NCBI GenBank assembly: GCA_030390025.1
Contig: JASTWF010000332.1
Location: 1-64,000, forward strand
Source: Squalus acanthias
Taxonomy: Eukaryota
Direction of reading: 5' to 3'
DNA length: 64,000 nt
Part shown: in pieces, positions 60,436-64,000 of the stretch
How the letters are laid out: each line of letters starts with the position of its first letter
Numbering within the stretch: position 1 is the stretch's first letter
Position numbers and translations under genes: made by a program
The notes under the pieces: generated by a model
Told to the model about the DNA's origin: nothing
The model's input: the letters and a program-made list of their open reading frames with translations, nothing else
Database searches by the model: none

Positions 60436-63254
60436 GGCTTTCTTTTACATGGAAGTGCTCACAGAGGCCGAATCGCCTCCTTACCTTATGAATCAAACAC
60501 ATTCTTCCAAAATGGACATCGGGAACATTCTACTCAACCCACTGAATTGGAACAGGAAGTTTTTCCTCTACACTCCCTCCTCCTATAAATCCACAAAGCA
60601 GCCGCAAACCTCAATCGACGGCCCTGCCGACAAATTAAAAGGGAGTCAAATATGAAACTGCTACAATATGTGCGAAGTCTGTTATTTCCCTGGAGCGTTG
60701 ATTATAGTCCAGATCACCACAATGTGAATCACATGCTACAGCATCAAACTACAAGCGCTTCTGTGTCTGTACTGACAGCTCGCTGGGTAAATGCATCGTG
60801 TGGGGTGGAGCGAATGTAATGTAGACCAGGAAGCTCTCCGGCTTAATCCCTGGCCTGCCCCACCAATTAACTGATCTAAGGCAGGGCAGCCGCGAGGGGG
60901 GTTCCAATGGACAGCGGTATCCCAGGACTGTCCGTGGCCTGTGCAAATGAGAAAGGCCAAAAAAGAGGAAGAAAAATTCAGAGTAACATGCCTTCCAGAA
61001 ACAAGCTTTATAAACAGAAATATAAATGTCGGCAGAGTGCAGTGGAGTATCGATTCCTCCTTTCACTAATGTTAGTGAAAAGATTGGTGTAAGCATAAGG
61101 CCGTATTGCCCACTTCACACTCACACTGACTTCAAATTAGGAGGAAGTTACACCTCGATACAGATTAGCATCAGTAAAAGGGTTACAAGGCAGCAACAGT
61201 CTAGGGACTCCAATGAACATGTTAATTCACGATTCACTCTCACAGGTTATATCATCACTTGTTTACATCGTTGCTTTTAGACTCAATTATCTAGGGTTCG
61301 GGATAGAATCGCAAGCTTAGAACCCATTTAATGGTACCAAACTTGCTCAATGGCAATATAATGGAAAAGATATTTGCTGGAATCCAACTTTGGAAATTGT
61401 AGCCCCAATTCTTAAAAGCATAGAACAGCCTCATTTAGTACCAATCTTAACTTGGGAATCACTGGCAAATAACAGTGGTCTTGTAAAGTGAATGGATTCT
61501 CACAGAACACACATGCTGTCGCTGGGGATGAAGTTTGGAAAGCCTTTTCTATTTACTGTAAAGACAGATACTTTTCAGTTTATAAGTGAAAATGTCTAGA
61601 CTGTCAAATGCAGCATTGATTCTTCCAAGTAACAGGGGAGAAAACCATAGAGAACGTCCTTGATGAATTGAGCTACACTGTGACATGCTAAGGTCTGTGG
61701 GGTCAATGCTCTTTATTTTAAATAACACATTAGTGAGGCTGCGATGCATTTTATATGCCTTGCCTCCAGCCGTTGCCTTGTGCATTGGGCCTCTGGCACT
61801 GGGACCCTGGCATTCCAAGGGCCACAAAACAGGAAGGAATTATGCACATATTCCCACAAATCCTGAGGTATGTTCTGCCTCTGGCCTAATGAGAGAGAGT
61901 GAGAGAAAGGCACAAAAAGGGGGAAAAAAAAGACAACTGAAGGGAGATTTAGAGGATGGGAGCATGAAAGAATGGAAGCATGATAAGCAGCGGTCAAGGA
62001 GTAAGGAACAGAGACGAGGAACAGAAGTGGTGCAATGGGAATACCAAAGAGAGAAGCAAACGTTATGCAAGTAGACCATTTCATAATAGTCGCCAAATAC
62101 ACACACGAGGGAAGACACGGGGAAAGCATAGAAACCCTTTCATAGTTTCTTTGCTTTTTCCTGCTAGGTTGACATTCATATGCGGGAAGGAAAATATGCA
62201 GGAAGGCACACACACAGGAGTCGCAGCGTAAAATAATAAGGAACACGGCAGGGGCCGTCTGATTGTGGTATAAATCACGCATCCAGCTTGTTCTGATTAA
62301 ACGTAGCAGCTGAAAACAGTGGCCAGCAAGTAGCAGCTCTATAAATATCATCCCAAGCTGCAGTTTAATTAACTAGCACTTACTCTGGCTTTATATTACT
62401 GGAGAGGCTCCAATCGCTGTAACTGTAGCAGATCCCTTAAAGCCGAACCTGCCCCGTTTAAACGTTGGGTGGATTCAGTAAACGCAGAACATGGTGCAAT
62501 GATTGCCCCAATGCTGAGGGGGGGGGGGGGGGGGGGGGGGAGGGATACAGGAGGGTAATTCTGGTAAGGCAAACATGCATTGCTGGCTTAATTGGGCTCA
62601 GCCAGACTCAGCACAGTGGAATTTTGCACCTACTGCGACCAGCAACCTTTTAGTTCTGCTGCTGCCACCACGCTGCCATCAGAGACACCCAGTGCAACTG
62701 GTCCCTGAAGAGAGATGCACCCCAATGGTGCTGGTGCCAGGTCATTGATGCTGTAAGCACTCTTATCGCCATAGGCAACCCTGCAAGGTAAAGGGGGCAT
62801 CACTTTATTAAACAGGGATAATTGGGGCATCCACAGCACAATACATTTCAGGTCTTCCACCTACTGTAAGTAGTGCAATCTCACATATCTGTCCCAACAA
62901 CTCAATAAACTGCATATGATAAGGCCCCTGTTGCTATAGTACATTGTACTGGTTCAGGAGTTCATTTTCAAGTCAATGTCCATAAACTCAACCTCTGTTA
63001 ATGATGGTGGAATTATTGTCTCCACCCCCGAAAAGACTCAGACAAACAACCAAGTACATTATTGCCTAAGTTCTCACTGTTAGCATCTGCGAACCACTAA
63101 GGGTGAATACCACCAAGTAACGGGAGACACCAGGAGCAGATTAAAACATCACCTGTCTATGAATGTAACAATATTATCTGGGAATGGTGTTAATGTCTAG
63201 CCGTGGCTAACACATCACTGTGCCCATGATACAAAAGGTTCAGGACTACTGTGT

Positions 63255-63362
63255 ATTCCTTCATTACAACAGAGACTAAAAAAAGTACTTCATTGGCTGT
63301 AAAGCGCTTTGGGACATCCTGAGGTCGTGAAAGGCGCTATATAAATGAAAGTCTGTCTTTGT
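63255..63362 (+). mobile_element. DeuSINE 3' tail fragment
   Basis: CATTACAACAGAGACT...CATTGGCTGTAAAGCGCTTTGGGACATCCTGAGGTCGTGAAAGGCGCTATATAAATG. Confidence 0.85.
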
Positions 63363-63821
63363 TTGATATTTTTAGATAATAAATATATTGCCATATGTAA
63401 CATATGACTGTTGGTACAGTAACAGTTCAACTGGCGATAATAAGGTTAATTTTAACTACCGGCGGACAGCCGGGGGGGGGGGCGGAGGGGGATTCTGAGC
63501 CATTTAGAGGCCCGAACCTCATTTTCATTCTGCTGGTAAGCTGCGGGCACCAAATGGGCATCTTGCTGCAGTTCGTCGGTTCCGGGAGGGTGGGAAATCC
63601 GGTGACTCCCACCATGAGTTGGCCAACCATCAAATCATTGGGGGAGGAGAGAGGAGCGATCCTGGGAGGGGCCTCCAGCAGCTGGATGAATTATTTTCGT
63701 GAGCCCTGCAGGAACATTCCTTCTCCCCCTGCCCCCACCCAAAACAAATTTAGACATTTCCTGGACCGTTTTTTGAGTGGCCTCCAAGGACCGTTTGATC
63801 AGCCAATCACTGTCTGGTTAC

Positions 63822-63937
63822 GATAGCAAAATACTGCGGATGCTGGAAATCCGAAATAACAACAGAAAACGCTGGAAAAACTCAGCAGGCCAGGCAGCAT
63901 CCGTGGAGAGAGAAAGAGAGTTAACGTTTCAGGTCGA
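63822..63937 (-). mobile_element. 116-bp Penelope terminal fragment with an 11-bp direct flanking repeat
   Basis: Homologous to 43497-43610; flanked by TGTCTGGTTAC at 63811-63821 and 63938-63948. Confidence 0.85.
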
Positions 63938-64000
63938 TGTCTGGTTACAAATGGGCGGAGCCTGCAAGGCACACGCTCCGCCCACCTGTACCTTGAAATC

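Noticed and set aside
62240..62380. Muscle/cardiac enhancer (CAGCTG E-box, MEF2-like CTATAAATAT)
   Set aside because: Short motifs expected by chance, an imperfect MEF2 match, and no conservation data available.
62517..62540. Poly-G run as a functional G-quadruplex
   Set aside because: A simple homopolymer whose length is unreliable in assemblies; no supporting context.
62630..62790. Possible minus-strand exon (ccttgcag|GGTTGCC..., RVAYGDKSAYSIND...)
   Set aside because: Does not match the expected upstream NOS1AP exon (EETDIDAVEVP-type sequence) and the donor is weak.

Overview
Eukaryotic, most likely shark/chondrichthyan DNA, judged from Deu-domain SINEs and CR1, L2 and Penelope families of the cartilaginous-fish type. 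No prokaryotic system or CRISPR array is present. Bases 1-~31620 are one uninterrupted tandem array of a 20/22/24-bp unit, GATTCTGCAGTG(TG/AG)0-2AGAGTGA(A/G), roughly 1,450-1,500 copies, running off the left edge. Its huge minus-strand ORFs are an artefact of the unit having no stop codon on that strand. The right half holds the last three coding exons of NOS1AP (CAPON) on the minus strand (54889-55053, 39713-39878, 37578-37978, ending in the PDZ ligand DDEIAV*); the upstream PTB exons were not found. The introns and 3' flank are dense in transposon relics: CR1/L2 LINE pieces, DeuSINEs, Penelope fragments carrying minimal hammerhead-ribozyme motifs, a 226-bp solo-LTR-like insert with a 5-bp TSD, TIR-bounded GC-rich elements, a ~405-bp foldback and a GA-rich microsatellite. 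The most intriguing but speculative point: on the NOS1AP sense strand every satellite unit reads like a 3' splice site and is open in all three frames, only ~6 kb past the stop codon.
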